Of a stretch of 27,673 nucleotides of DNA, positions 1-12,977 are shown piece by piece (position 1 is the stretch's first letter; every line of letters starts with the position of its first letter). The notes under the pieces were generated by a model. It worked only from the letters and a program-made list of their open reading frames with translations, was not told where the DNA came from and ran no database searches. The position numbers and the translations under genes were made by a program. Source of the DNA: Ginkgo biloba (Eukaryota > Plantae > Ginkgophyta); NCBI GenBank assembly GCA_024626585.2, contig JANKJI020000004.1, positions 60,039,808-60,067,480 on the forward strand, given 5' to 3'.

Positions 1-2719
1 AATGTGTTGTTGAAGAGTCAAATAGTAGTATGAGTTTTGTATGAATGGTAAGGAGATAACGCTAAGTATTGATGAAAATAATATAGCCAAATAATACATT
101 AACCATTTTCTTAGAAATTCAATATATTATGTTATCCAATAGGTGGCACAATGAAGTATTTGAATCCTCATATGGAGTAAATTGAAATCCAAGGACAATA
201 ACATGACCATGACCTAATATTTTGCAAGCACAACTAATCAAATCTTGAAATATATATACAACTATTGTAATGAATTTCCATAACAATAATTCAAGTTATG
301 TTTTAAGGAAAAATATTAACATCACTCACATCAAATTACTCCAACTATTATTTTCTCTACAACTTATGACATCACAATTATATAAAAGCATAGAAAGAAA
401 GAATATTTCACCAACAAATTAGCTCAAAAACACTAAAGTAGTATCACTACACTTTAGAATTTATGAATAAATAATAAAATCAAACTTGCATACCTTATGT
501 TTTGTATGATGTATCATAATTATAATACACACAATCATAACTATTTTATTTATATATTCTATCCACTTATCAATTTTAAACTTAAAGTAGTAGAAACACG
601 ATCACCTTCAAATCTCCTGACAAATGATAGCTTGAAGCACAAAATAAAGTAAGCCAATAAAATTAAAAGGGTATCGATCGAAGTTTGTGATAAAATTTTA
701 TGTTCAAGGAGCATTTAATGAAAAAACTTTATGATGAAATTTCATTGAAAAGGGGAAAAATCACATTAATAACTCTTCACTAAATACTTGAAATTTAATG
801 ATTTGTTTTTCAAAGAGTTATAATTAAGAGATATAATTATATTTACATTATAATCATATATTCTTGATTTGGAAATAAGTGATGAATGAATTTTCATTCA
901 ATACTCATTTTTAATGATTTAATTTAAAATAAAGATCATTTACCAAAAAAACCATAAAATTTATATAATCCTTTTACCACTTATTCTAGTAAATATTTGA
1001 TATTAAATAATTATTATTATGATATATTTTATTATTCACACAATTGGATAATAGTAGAGGTATAATACAAGACTATTTCTAGCACCTTGAAATAATGTTG
1101 TTTTGCCTATATTTTGCAAACCCAAATACAAGAAAAATTTTGATGCTTCATTTAAAACACTTTTGCAAGCCCAAGAATTAAAATTTACAAAGCTATAGAG
1201 TATGNNNNNNNNNNNNNNNNNNNNNNNNNGAGTTTTTTCAATCCAAACTCGAAGTTTTGCTCTCCTATGGAAAATATACAAACCAACAATATTTATAAGA
1301 CCTCCCATCAAACATCCTTTGGAAGTCTAATACCCTCCTTAGAAGTTCAATGCCCTTCCTAAATGCTTGCTCAATTGTATGCATTTAGCCATGTCAACAA
1401 AGATTCCACAAATGACCTTTGTAATGCTTAATTGACAACAACATTAGAAAAACTCTAATCAATACCACATGGAAGAGTAAACAATCTAATCCATCTATGA
1501 TTATTTGTGTGAAAGCATATGTATTCCATATGTGCTTGGAATTTGATGGACGTATATATATTTTTAAGTGTTTTCCCATCATTTCATAAGAAAAACAAAA
1601 TCAAACATTTTTTCTACGTTTCATAAATTTTCAAAAACATAAAAATGTCATTCAATGGATTAATTTAGAAGTCAAATTTTATTAATACCTGACACCTGTA
1701 TATGTGTATATGGTTATCTTGATATCTATGATATTGATGATCATGATTTATAATTTGTCAGCCTATTTGCTAAATAATTAGTGGGTTGACGACAAACTAA
1801 CTAACTCTTGTTAAATTTAAAATATTTACTCTATAAATTATGATTTTCAATCTTATTTCTAACTCATTTATTTTCAAAAGAGTGAAAAATTTTGAGAGGA
1901 AGGTGACCCAAATTGTGATCTATGACTCGTGACTTCAGTCTCTGTGAAGTTCAAAGAGTGTTGCAAGCCTGCAACCATTCTCCAAACTTTAAATACCCCC
2001 ACACTACATAGTACCCTCAAATATGTTCCTACTCCTCCAAGCTCTAGGTAATTTTGTTTGATAATTTTTTCCTTCGAAGTTCAAATGGACTTTCAAATAC
2101 ATTTCTTATATTTAAATGCAATGATAAACAAATTAAATCAATTTTTTCTACTACATTTTGTCTTGGACTTTAATCCTAGTTATCTTTTCATAAGATTTAA
2201 GCCTACAAACATATTGAAGCAAGGAGGAATATTTTATATTCATGCATTCAGTGAATGGTGGATCCAAATGCTCTAAAAGGATCATTCGACTTAATAAGTT
2301 CAAGGGCAATATTTCATATATATGATGTATTACCAATAGAATAATTTCACATGAGACCATTTAGTATTGCCCCTATAAAATTCCAACATCAAATATGTTT
2401 ATAATTACATTTCAAAAAATGAGGGCTAGGCTAGGATTTGGAGAGATTTTGCCATTGGAAATGGAAACAAATAACACGAAAATGCAATCTATAATGTGTA
2501 GACTACGGTTGGGAAAGTAAAGACTTTTGGGGGCTATGCTCTAATATAATTTATTTTTGTGATGCAAGTTTCAAGTCTCAGCCTGTTCATTATAGCAAAC
2601 AAAACTCACATCCTCATCAAAGCAGGTATTAAGTCAATGGTGGAGTAATTATCTAGGGATGGTAGTATTCTAAATAATATAAAGTAGTGGTTGTCATGCT
2701 TACAGACGCAAGAGTTTTT

Positions 2720-3146
2720 TCTGCACACCTCCAGTGGGATTTGCCCATAGAATTGATTTTCCCAGAGGTCTTGATATTGCAAATGAGTGCAATAGTTACC
2801 GAGCTGAGGAGGAATGAGAGTTGAAGCCCAAATCCAATGTTGTCAGCTTCCGTATGTTACCGATAGTGGGCGACAGAGATCCTGAAATCCCAAGGCCGGA
2901 GTTATTGAGAGTACGCACAGTGTGATCTCGTTACTGGCAAACCACTCGAAGCCAATTGCAGGGGTGTTGGTCAGAAATATTCCAGGAAAGAAAAACTGTG
3001 GAGGGTCCTGCTTGCAGGTGGCTTAGAAGAGACAGGAGAGCAGTTCTGTCGCGGATGTTGAGTCCTTTGCCAGATACATGTTGCCCCATAAACATCACCA
3101 CGATAACTGCCAATGCTGCTGCTTGCGAATTACCTGGTGTAAGCAT
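2720..3146 (-). pseudogene. Truncated LRR receptor-like kinase 5' fragment (LRR-XI, PEPR1/INRPK1-like): signal peptide, LRRNT cap, about 2-3 LRRs
   Basis: Manual translation from ATG 3146: MLTPGNSQAAALAVIVVMFMGQHVSGKGLNIRDRTALLSLLSHLQAGPSTVFLSWNISDQHPCNWLRVVCQ* (TAA 2931-2933). The same frame continues RDHTVRTLNNSGLGISGSLSPTIGNIRKLTTLDLGFNS. After a frameshift near 2813-2820 it reads IPPQLGNYCTHLQYQDLWENQFYGQIPLEVCR, then similarity is lost. The LRRNT (W..SD..PC.W..V.C) and plant LRR (LxxLDLxxNxxxGxIP) motifs are clear. No TM or kinase domain was found downstream. Confidence 0.85.
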
Positions 3147-4029
3147 TGTGTACGTTCGGCTGAACTGAGTGGATCCAAAATGATCGTAAATAGTCGATAC
3201 AGTGACGAATAGTTGAATACTATAAACTGGTGTCTTTGGCCAAATGGCCACTAATTATTTTAATTATTGTTACGAGTACATGTTTTCAGTGTCTGAACAG
3301 TTCACTTTGTCCCATACGGCTTCGACTTTTCGAGTCTTATGTCATGCTCGTCCGGGTATGAAATCCTCCTAAGATCTCAATGTTTCCTTCTTGACAAATT
3401 CGAGTTATCAACCAGAGCGAAGGGATGGCGAGTCTCTTTTTCTCTCTTTTAACATAAATTTTCAATACAAATTCTTTAAAAAAAATAAAAAATAGAGATA
3501 AAGTCAATGATTAGTGATATGTGCATCGAGATAGTTCGGTCTAATTTTTTTTTTTTTAAAAGGGATATTAAAAGTATAAAAAGATATACATTGCATTTTA
3601 TTATGTAGAAGTAAAATTCAATATTGTGATTATAATTTATATTTTGTTTTAAATTTTGACGATGAAATGTTTTACATAATTGTAAACAATATATTTTGGT
3701 CAAAAGATTAAAATACATGTTTAAATTTTAAAAAGGTTATATTAGAAATGTGTTCATATGAATGTTCTTCTCTCATAATCAAAGTGGAATTACTTTCCAT
3801 TATCAATGTGTGTTATAAATATGGTTGTATTATGAGGATATGAATACTGTTGTAGATTTCAAGGTATGCAAATATCTTGCCTAGAAGGTACATAATTTGT
3901 ATTGTACCTCACAATTCTAGTCCACTCAATATGTTCCCTATGAGAATAAAGCCTTCACAAGTAGTTTGAAAATGATGGGGATACCTAACAAGATATAGAA
4001 TTATGCACGTGTAAAACATACAAGGTACA

Positions 4030-4320
4030 TTGTAATGAGAATTGTTACTTCCTTCTACGTAAATGTATGGAAAAGTATGTCTTCAAATTCCATGCCAATA
4101 TTTTATTCACCCAAACCATCAACAAAAGTTTTTGTAACAAGATTTAACTTCACTTTTGCAAACATTTTTGGAATTCAACATGCACCTAGCCATTTCAACA
4201 ATATCCTCCATCCTCTCCTCATATTCTCTTTGGGATATGCTTAACATGCCCTCCTTAACTTTAGTGACTAACTTTAAAGGATATAACTTTTCTACATCTT
4301 ACTTGAGCTTAGTTAGTTGC
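4030..4320 (-). mobile_element. Heavily deleted Ty1/copia pol remnant (integrase and RT-like fragments)
   Basis: The minus strand reads ...ERMEDIVEMARCMLNSKNV, matching the copia integrase motif ERMNRTIVEMARCML. In another frame, LVTKTFVDGLGE*NIGMEFEDILF weakly resembles the RT segment LVAKGF.Q..GIDFEETF. Confidence 0.45.
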
Positions 4321-5591
4321 ATTATTGAAAGTTCGGTGAGTCTTAGTTAATATTGTAATGCATGCTATATCACCACCAAATATTCAAAGATATAAAAAAA
4401 TGTGTGATATAAGATAATTTNNNNNNNNNNNNNNNNNNNNNNNNNNNNNNNNNNNNNNNNNNNNNNNNNNNNNNNNNNNNNNNNNNNNNNNNNNNNNNNN
4501 NNNNNNNNNNNNNNNNNNNNNNNNNNNNNNNNNNNNNNNNNNNNNNNNNNNNNNNNNNNNNNNNNNNNNNNNNNNNNNNNNNNNNNNNNNNNNNNNNNNN
4601 NNNNNNNNNNNNNNNNNNNNNNNNNNNNNNNNNNNNNNNNNNNNNNNNNNNNNNNNNNNNNNNNNNNNNNNNNNNNNNNNNNNNNNNNNNNNNNNNNNNN
4701 NNNNNNNNNNNNNNNNNNNNNNNNNNNNNNNNNNNNNNNNNNNNNNNNNNNNNNNNNNNNNNNNNNNNNNNNNNNNNNNNNNNNNNNNNNNNNNNNNNNN
4801 NNNNNNNNNNNNNNNNNNNNNNNNNNNNNNNNNNNNNNNNNNNNNNNNNNNNNNNNNNNNNNNNNNNNNNNNNNNNNNNNNNNNNNNNNNNNNNNNNNNN
4901 NNNNNNNNNNATAAAAAACATTTGTAACAATCCATATGCATATGCAAATGAATATCCTATGCATAATAGTGACCTTGTTATTTTATGAATGGTTTGCTCT
5001 AATCTTTCCCTAATAATAATATTTTGATACACTTACACTCCCTTTAAAACTACTTCATACTTTCCCTTGAACAACCACTTGGCTCAAATTTATTCAGTAG
5101 ATCTTTTCTTGTTTCCTTCTATAATGCTCACTTTGCCCCAACATTTTATTGCTCTATAATCTTTGCATTTTTTCTTATATTCCTCTAATATTTGGTGTTT
5201 TTTTAAAATCTAATTTGTGTAATTGGTAGTGATAAAAAATTCAAATCACACAAAATGACTTGATAGGAAAATTAAAACTAATGTCCTTCCCTTAATTTCA
5301 AAGTTTTAACAACATTAGGATGCCCATGTCAACAATTATGCACATGTGAAACTATAACAAAGCTATAAACTTTAGTTTCAAATTAGTCAAAATTTTACAA
5401 GTTGGTGGAGATATTATTTAATCCTTAAATAATTGTGTTAATGATTAAATTGGATCATTAGTGGAGATAATATCTATCATTCCTACTACAATAACTATTA
5501 ACATAACCTTACATCAATATAACTAATAACAAACATATTGACACAAGATTATATTACATTATATTGAAACAAGAATATTTCATTTCACCAA

Positions 5592-5667
5592 AATTGGAAA
5601 AAAATTAAACTGAACAAAAGGCATAGAATAATTGGAAAAAAAATGAATTGAACAAAAGGCATAGAAT
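5592..5667. repeat. 38-bp tandem duplication (2 copies)
   Basis: aattggaaaaaaattaaactgaacaaaaggcatagaat (5592-5629) is followed by aattggaaaaaaaatgaattgaacaaaaggcatagaat (5630-5667). Confidence 0.9.
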
Positions 5668-7473
5668 AACTAGAAAATGTATACTTAAAAAAAGGGAAGA
5701 ACAAAAGTCAAACTTAGTTTATGCTTATCATTTTTCACAAATTTTATTTTCTAAGGTATATAATATGTATTAAAATCTTAGTCTTATCAAAATTTATAAA
5801 ATTTTAGTGTATAACTTTAGATTCCTAATTTGATAATGAAGATAGGTTAAAGAACATAATGGTTCTTTGTTTTTGACAAATATAAGACAAACTTCCTTAT
5901 TTTTTATAAATATAAGACACACTTAAGGATTTCCAAGCATGTTTGATTTAGCACTTCCATGCTCAATCAACTATATTTCAAGCAAAATTGGACTTAATTT
6001 AAACTCCATATCGTGTTATCACTCATTTTTACATCTTTACATTTGTATTTCTAATATGACATGTTTCTAGTACTCTTCATTTGAATCCTTATACATTTCA
6101 CACATGTTAAAATTCATTTGATATACTATTTGTGCCACATTTACATCCTAATGTGTGATATTTCTCTATTTTGCCACTCATATTGCATTAGCACACCTCA
6201 TTGACATATTGATCCTATGCATTTCAATTTATGATCCTTCTCATGGCCCTCTTATGAAAGGAAGCAGAGGTACGAAATACGCTTCCTACACTAATTAATG
6301 AGAGAAGAATGTGCAAAAAATTAAACACACAATTGCAAAAAATAATGACTTTNNNNNNNNNNNNNNNNNNNNNNNNNNNNNNNNNNNNNNNNNNNNNNNN
6401 NNNNNNNNNNNNNNNNNNNNNNNNNNNNNNNNNNNNNNNNNNNNNNNNNNNNTTCATCATATGTTTAGGAAGGTCATATAAATTATTAGTGAATCTTTGC
6501 ATGCCTAGAAATAAAGTTATTGAACTTTGGGAGAATATTTAAATAAAAAATACTAATTAAAATTAGATGTTATTTTTAATTGAAGTTTTCACATTGCATT
6601 ATTCTATATAAAGTGTATGACATCTAATTAAGATATAATTTAGTTCACACATTTAATCATATAATATTTTTAAATATTTTTATGCATTTTNNNNNNNNNN
6701 GGAAAATCCACACTATATGGTCTCTTACTATTTTCATAGAATGTATATTGTCTATAATATCATCTTGTACTCTTCGTTTTTAAGCTTTTTCATTGTGTGT
6801 AACATTCATTCAACATATGAATTTTATAAATCAAAGCGAAGGTGAATGCAAGCACATCTTCATCACAAATGTTTATTATATTTGACGAATAATCTATGTA
6901 TCTATTTATAATATTTCATGATTAGTTTGAGTAGTGAAATCCTAAAGGATAACTATAACCATTCCTCACTAATGGATAATGAATTCACTAGACCCCCATA
7001 ATAATGTCTCCCCATCACTACTTTATTTGAAATGGAATAAATGTTGAAGTTGTATCATTGAAAACATTCACAATGCTTTCAACTTTAGACTTTCTAAAAT
7101 AATAAGATCTGATGTCTAATTATTTTATCCAACATAAACGTATTGAGAGAAGAAGTTTATCAATTTTACTTTAATTAACTTGGGAAATAAAAATATAATC
7201 TTTCTCGTTAAATATTTAGAAAACTTGTTGAACATCCAATCACTTTGATTGTGAGCATGTCTAACTAAATAAATACAGATACCAAGTTTATTAATAATGG
7301 CTAAATAAGACAAGAGTAGCCTATTTTCATCCAACTACAAGTATAAACACATAGGTTAGATCCTTTCCTAATTTTTAAAAATACATTGAAGAAGATTAAT
7401 ATTCATATTATCATCATTATAGAGATTATTAGTAGTCATGAAATATGAATAAAGATTATTCTTATTATTATAC

Positions 7474-7512
7474 TGTTGACCCATAAATGGGGCCACTTGT
7501 GGAGGATGAGGT
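7474..7512 (+). repeat. Dispersed repeat, probable LTR 5' terminus (TGTTGACCCATAAATGGGG)
   Basis: A 17-nt exact match, TTGACCCATAAATGGGG, occurs at 7476-7492 and 17294-17310. It begins with TG as LTRs do. The LTR identity is an inference. Confidence 0.4.
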
Positions 7513-9359
7513 TCATCACAACACTATGAAGATCATTGATGAGGATAATTCCATTATTATCCACTTATTTATAAAAATAACCACTCACTTCTTCTTTATT
7601 GTTNNNNNNNNNNNNNNNNNNNNNNNNNNNNNNNNNNNNNNNNNNNNNNNNNNNNNNNNNNNNNNNNNNNNNNNNNNNNNNNNNNNNNNNNNNNNNNNNN
7701 NNNTATTCTACTAAAAATATAAAATAAGTACATGTGGATTATAGTATGTTCATTTTATTTAATTGCATTAGGTTTATATCTTTTAAACATATTTTTTCTA
7801 GATATAATGTCTAGAAAATTTTATTTTTCCTCTTCTTCATTACACCTTCCTCAATAAACCTAGGTCTTCAATTTGAGTCTTTCATGATCTTATTTTAGTA
7901 TTCCTTTTAAGAAAAATAATTTGATTGAGACCTTCATGTAAGGAATTCAAGTTTTTCATTAAGTAAGGAATGTTTGGCAAGGACATTCTCTGAACTTATA
8001 TGCACGAATGTGAAGATGGCAATTTTTGAGCTGAGGAGCTTTTATTTTGAGAAGAATGCCTTAGATATAGTGACAAAAAATTAAATGGTGATAATTATTG
8101 AATTGAAGGTGAATCCATTTTTATTTCAAATATGATATACCATCTTCACTTTAAATGCTTGATTTTTTTATAGAGAAGTTCCAATTAGTGCAAAAATAAA
8201 AATAAGATATTATTATTTGCACATAGAAAAATGAGAAATAGTTTCAATAAAAAAGTCATATCATTTTAGGTAGAACAATATTAGATTATAAAAATTATAA
8301 AAATAAAAATATTCTCCATCAAGTCAAAATTTACCATTATTTAGAAGGAAAAAAATGGTGACACTTTCAAACTTAAACAATATTAAAGAATAAATTTTGA
8401 ATTCTCTAGAAAATTCAATTTTTGATACCCACCAATTTGAAAAACTTGTGAGTTGGAAATGGTTGAAATGTTGAAGTCCCCACTAATTTTTAAATTTTTA
8501 GTTTGAAAAAAAAATGTGAAAACATAATTTTTAATCCTCTAAATAATAATTTCAAATCATAGAATCTTTTGTTTTGATCACTATGTATAGATTATTTAAG
8601 GAGTGTGAGTGTATGTCATAGATAGTAATGATAGAATAGTTTTATTAGCATTGTCAAATTCATATGTGTATGTATTATATGTGGAAGAAATAAGAAGACT
8701 TTGACAATGAAACTCCATTTCATGCATATGTGGACCAAAAGGCTTTCTCCCATAAAGGAGTTATGCCTGAAGGGCCTTCATGATCAAAGAAAGTTTTATG
8801 TCTATACATATGCATGAAAATATTATTTCAATTATGATTTCATTACACATATGTTGAATCTTATTGCTTATTATAAAAATTAAATTCATGCACAAATAGA
8901 ATTTTGAATTTCTCTAACCTTTGAGGCTTTGTGCACAAATCCTTGATAGTTGAAAGAAGTTAATTATCACTTTATGAGGGGATTTAAAGCTTCTTGTAAC
9001 ATATTGACCTATGCATACNNNNNNNNNNNNNNNNNNNNNNNNNNNNNNNNNNNNNNNNNNNNNNNNNNNNNNNNNNNNNNNNNNNNNNNNNNNNNNNNNN
9101 NNNNNNNNNNNNNNNNNNGCTAGAGTAGGAAGAAATTATATTATCTTTTAGTTCCTTCGCATAAACTATCTTCATCATATAACAATATTTCTCATTACTA
9201 CTCTTCATAAATACAAAATTAACCCTTTTTTTTTATCATTGAAATAGAAAATTGCTATCCCTTTCTTCTTTTCCCAAGAATTAAAAAATTTTATATTTTA
9301 ATTGAGACTAATGAATGATATCTTATCTTTCTTATAAATACTCATGCCATTGGCATGGT

Positions 9360-10350
9360 ATCCTATATAATATATGACCCAAGGTATTAATCATGATAGT
9401 TTTCCTTCATTGATCAATGATAAAATGGTACTTTTGCAATATCATTTTTATTTATTTAAGGAACGCTAAGCAATACCATTTTCTATCATATTGAAAACCC
9501 ATTCTTTTGGCTTTCGATTTGTTAAACCTTGTTAGGAATGTGTTTCCACTTCCTTGTACTCATGCCTCCTCTATATAAAATAAGTTAGAGACTTCCTTCA
9601 GGATTGTCTTTAGACTATTACCACAAACTACACTTATTATTTGTCTCTATATTTTTTACAATGGCTTTGAAATATCACAAATGGTTAACTTCATGGGTCC
9701 GTATTACTTTAGAAGATCCTTTCTAACTTATTTATGACCTTGTATTTTTCTCATATATTATTCTTTAGTTATTAAAATAATATATTTCATGCATCTAGTT
9801 TTTTCATTCCATCACCAAGTCATTAGAGTTAACTATTTATAATATTATACTTCCAAATTGTACCACTCTATCCTCATTAGGTATATGATTTTTCTTGAAT
9901 TAGATAATTATAGATATTTTATATTTATTACTCAACATCCATTAGTTTTTTCTCAAATTCTTCCTCTAAAGAATATTTCTCTTCTTGGATAATCTCCACA
10001 TGTCCTATATTGCTTAGACTTCATATGGCCTTTTTTAAGACTAAATTATCCTTTCATGGATTTAATACATTGTATTATAGATATAATTTATAAGTGATAC
10101 GTTTATTAGGTAATTAAATTACTACAAAATCATGTTCTACCTCTAACTTATACAATAAATCTAAACTCTTAGCAGCTTTCCTTTTAGTGTGCTTAATGTT
10201 AGTATGCCATCCTAGTGATTATCTTTTATTGCACCATTTTAGGGAATATTATTTCTCTCCACTTTTTAATGCAAATGAGATTTACTTCAGATCCAAAATC
10301 TACCACTATATCCTTGATCTTAATTCCTTACACCATTACTTTGACCAAAG
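9360..10350 (-). mobile_element. Very degraded Ty3/gypsy (non-chromovirus-like) protease-RT remnant; gag-like sequence may extend to about 11290
   Basis: Minus strand ~10345-10200 reads KVMV*GIKIKDIVVDFGSEVNLICIKKWREIIFPKMVQ*KIITRMA, an aspartic protease D-x-G-S-x-V-N motif, followed by VEHDFVVI. Further on are weak RT-like segments (DP*S*PFVI; LK*IKMILQKYHFIID...INTLGHIL). There are many stops and frameshifts. Confidence 0.5.
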
Positions 10351-11703
10351 TCTCTATGTATTACTTTATAACTCTATTTACTTAGCTAGATTCTCAATTA
10401 CTCTACCTATATTTTTCAATGATGTCTCTTCCTTAGCTAGGCTTGCCATTATTTTAGTTATAATTTCTTGCAGTTGTACCTAAGATTAATCTTGTTCATT
10501 ATCTTATTCATCTTCACTCTATTCCTTTAACCTCTTCTCTAAAATATCTTTTTAAATTTGTTTACATCTCACAATCTATTAATCACTTATTTATCTTTTT
10601 AATATTCTTCATTGCGATATTTTAGCTTAGGATAATCTTCTTTGTTATCTTTTTATCTCTTTTTTTATATACCTTCTCTTTACCATAGGTTCAATACTTG
10701 ATTGTCATTTTCTATAAAGAATTTATGATGCCCTTTGGTTATCAAATTCTTATTATGTCATTTTCTTATACCAAATTCTTATATAATTCTTTCTCATCAA
10801 AATTTACCTTCTACTTAACCCAGAATCCAGTTATGAAAATCCTTTTAGAATTAATTCGATTGGTTATCAAATTCTTATATAAGTGTATAGGTTCCTTACA
10901 TTCTACTTAGCATTCGCCAAGTGCCTTTTTATTATTATGTCATTTTAGGATTGGTAAATGGTATGTCCCTTTGACTCCTTACTATTGTGTAAAGAATGTT
11001 GCGTAGATCTCTTCATTGTTTCCTACATAGATTGTCCAACAGATGAAATGTCCTATATCAAGTTCTACTTTGACCTTTTATGATTCACCATAAAGATTAC
11101 TTGAATCTTCATATAGGATTGTAGATGCACTCCAAATATATCATCTAAATCCTAAATTTAGTTAAAAGTATATTGATTTCCTCAACTTTTATCTTATTGA
11201 AGCTTCTTTTATTTTATTTTGGTACAACTTCATTTAAGTCTTTAATAATATATTTACTCCCTCTCAATGTCTGATCAAATCCACATAAATAAANNNNNNN
11301 NNNNNNNNNNNNNNNNNNNNNNNNNNNNNNNNNNNNNNNNNNNNNNNNNNNNNNNNNNNNNNNNATAATTCAACAAATCTTTAGTAATCTTTGGATGTGG
11401 GGCTAGCACATTATGCTTAATTCTCACTCTCAAATTATAAATCATACCCTCTTATTTAGTAATACAGGTGCTTAGCCTCTTAAGAAGGATGCGCTACACT
11501 CCTTTCTTAGATAATTATGAGCTTACTTAAGCTATATCAAAACATATTCAAATTTATAAACTTATATTGACATGCTCAACTATACTTTCACTCTTAGATG
11601 CAANNNNNNNNNNNNNNNNNNNNNNNNNNNNNNNNNNNNNNNNNNNNNNNNNNNNNNNNNNNNNNNNNNNNNNNNNNNNNNNNNNNNNNNNNNNNNNNNN
11701 NNN

Positions 11704-12977
11704 TCTATGATATGCATCAAGCGATGAAACATTGGAGAATGTACATCTTGGGTAAAGATATGGTGATCCATATCGACCATAATCCTCTCTAATTTTTGTA
11801 GACATAAACAAGGTTGCATCAAGCAATAAATGCCAAGTGGATGTAATCCTTGCAATAATTCAATATTATCATCAATTATAAGAAGGGGTTGACCAATAAG
11901 ATATCAAATTTATTGTCAAATCCTCCTAAATCCACTACCCTCATAGTTGGTGTCTAATTGTAGTCCTTTCCTTTAGAGGAATTATACATATAGTATGAAT
12001 GAGATAGATATTTCTAGTCGGTTGTGAAATAATTACACCAAGGGGAATGAAGACAAGAATTTTATCTTAAATAAGGTATTTTTTATAAATATTACAATAT
12101 ATTTATACTTCAAAGAGAGTGCCAAGTTTATTTTATGAGAGAATCACATATTTCTAAAGTAGCTAGATATTTTGGAGTTGGAAAGACACTTGTAAATCTA
12201 TAAAGGTATGTGTATTGGCCTTGTATGCATATTGATGTTACTAAATTTATTAAGGGATGTGTTATTTATAGTATATCAAAACTTACAAATAGAAAATTAG
12301 GTCTGTATACACCATTACTAGTTCCAAGTTGATCGTGGGAGAGCATCTCCATGGATTTTCTTGGAGGATTGCCAAAGACGTAGCAAGGCCATGGTTACTT
12401 ATTCGTGATAGTGGACAAATTCGGTAAGATGACAGCGTTGATTCCCTGTAAGAAAACCATCACTAGCCAAGAAGCAACCAAGTTGTTCTTTCAGCATGTA
12501 TGGGTTCATTTTGGACTTTCAGAGTCCATAATTTCATATCAAGATAGTCATTTTCTTAGTCACTTTTGGACAATGCTAATGGGAATGATGGACACCAAGT
12601 TAAAGAGGAGCACTACCTTTCATCCTCAAACTGATGGGAAGATAGAGGTTGTAAATAGAAATTTAGTTTATTTCCTATGAGAGGATAACCGAAAGCACCC
12701 AAATTCTTGGGAAGAAAGTATTCCATATATTCAACAATGTTATAATCGAGTGGTGCATAGTTCTAGTCATAAATCTCCATTTAAAACTTGTTTGGATTTC
12801 TTACCCCAAACTCCTTTTGACATTTCATTTTCAAAATCAATTGAAGAAAAGTCCATTACACAAGGTGATGAGCAATAAAAGGCCATCAAGTTTATGGAAC
12901 GGATTCAACAAATACATAGTCAAGTGGAAGAGAAGCTACAAAGGGATCTAAAACAAATATATAAAGCATAACATGAT
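11704..12977 (+). mobile_element. Ty3/gypsy (chromovirus/CRM-like) pol remnant: RNase H followed by integrase
   Basis: RNase H: YDMHQAMKHWRMYILGKDMVIHIDHNPL*FL*T*TRL...KWM*SLQ*FNIIINYKKGLTNKISNLLSNPP. Integrase: zinc-binding region (RESH...FGVGKT...YWP...KGC), then core WESISMDFLGGLP...IVDKFGKM...FHPQTDGKIEVVNR...YNRVVHSS...SPF, ending YKA*HD. The RH-INT order is gypsy-type. Many in-frame stops. Confidence 0.92.

Noticed and set aside
445-452. CACTACA as a CACTA transposon terminus
   Set aside because: No matching inverted end, subterminal repeats or transposase remnant was found.
1036-1582. Possible transposase (pogo DDE-like HRWIRLFTLP...NVVVN) or gypsy RT remnant on the minus strand
   Set aside because: Two incompatible weak resemblances, many stops and no catalytic motif, so it cannot be assigned without an HMM search.
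1930-2045. Small hairpins (acttca...tgaagt, gttgca...tgcaac) suggesting a miRNA such as miR395
   Set aside because: The stems are too short and there is no match to a mature miRNA I can recall.
3147-3251. N-terminal extension of the LRR-RLK ORF given in the track
   Set aside because: It starts at GTG. The first ATG (3146) directly precedes the signal peptide.
4365-5032. Long ORFs in the ORF track spanning N runs (also near 6224-6542, 7487-7714, 8984-9208, 11554-11855, 13201-13500, 23783-24061)
   Set aside because: Their length comes from X translations of assembly gaps and the flanks have no protein motifs.
7960-8150. Possible LINE RNase H remnant (ELRSF...ALDI...IEGESIFISNMI)
   Set aside because: Only two short degenerate motifs in different frames.
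9328-9365. Palindrome CATGCCA-T-TGGCATG resembling a Helitron 3' hairpin
   Set aside because: No CTRR terminus at the expected distance on either strand, and it adjoins the gypsy-like remnant.
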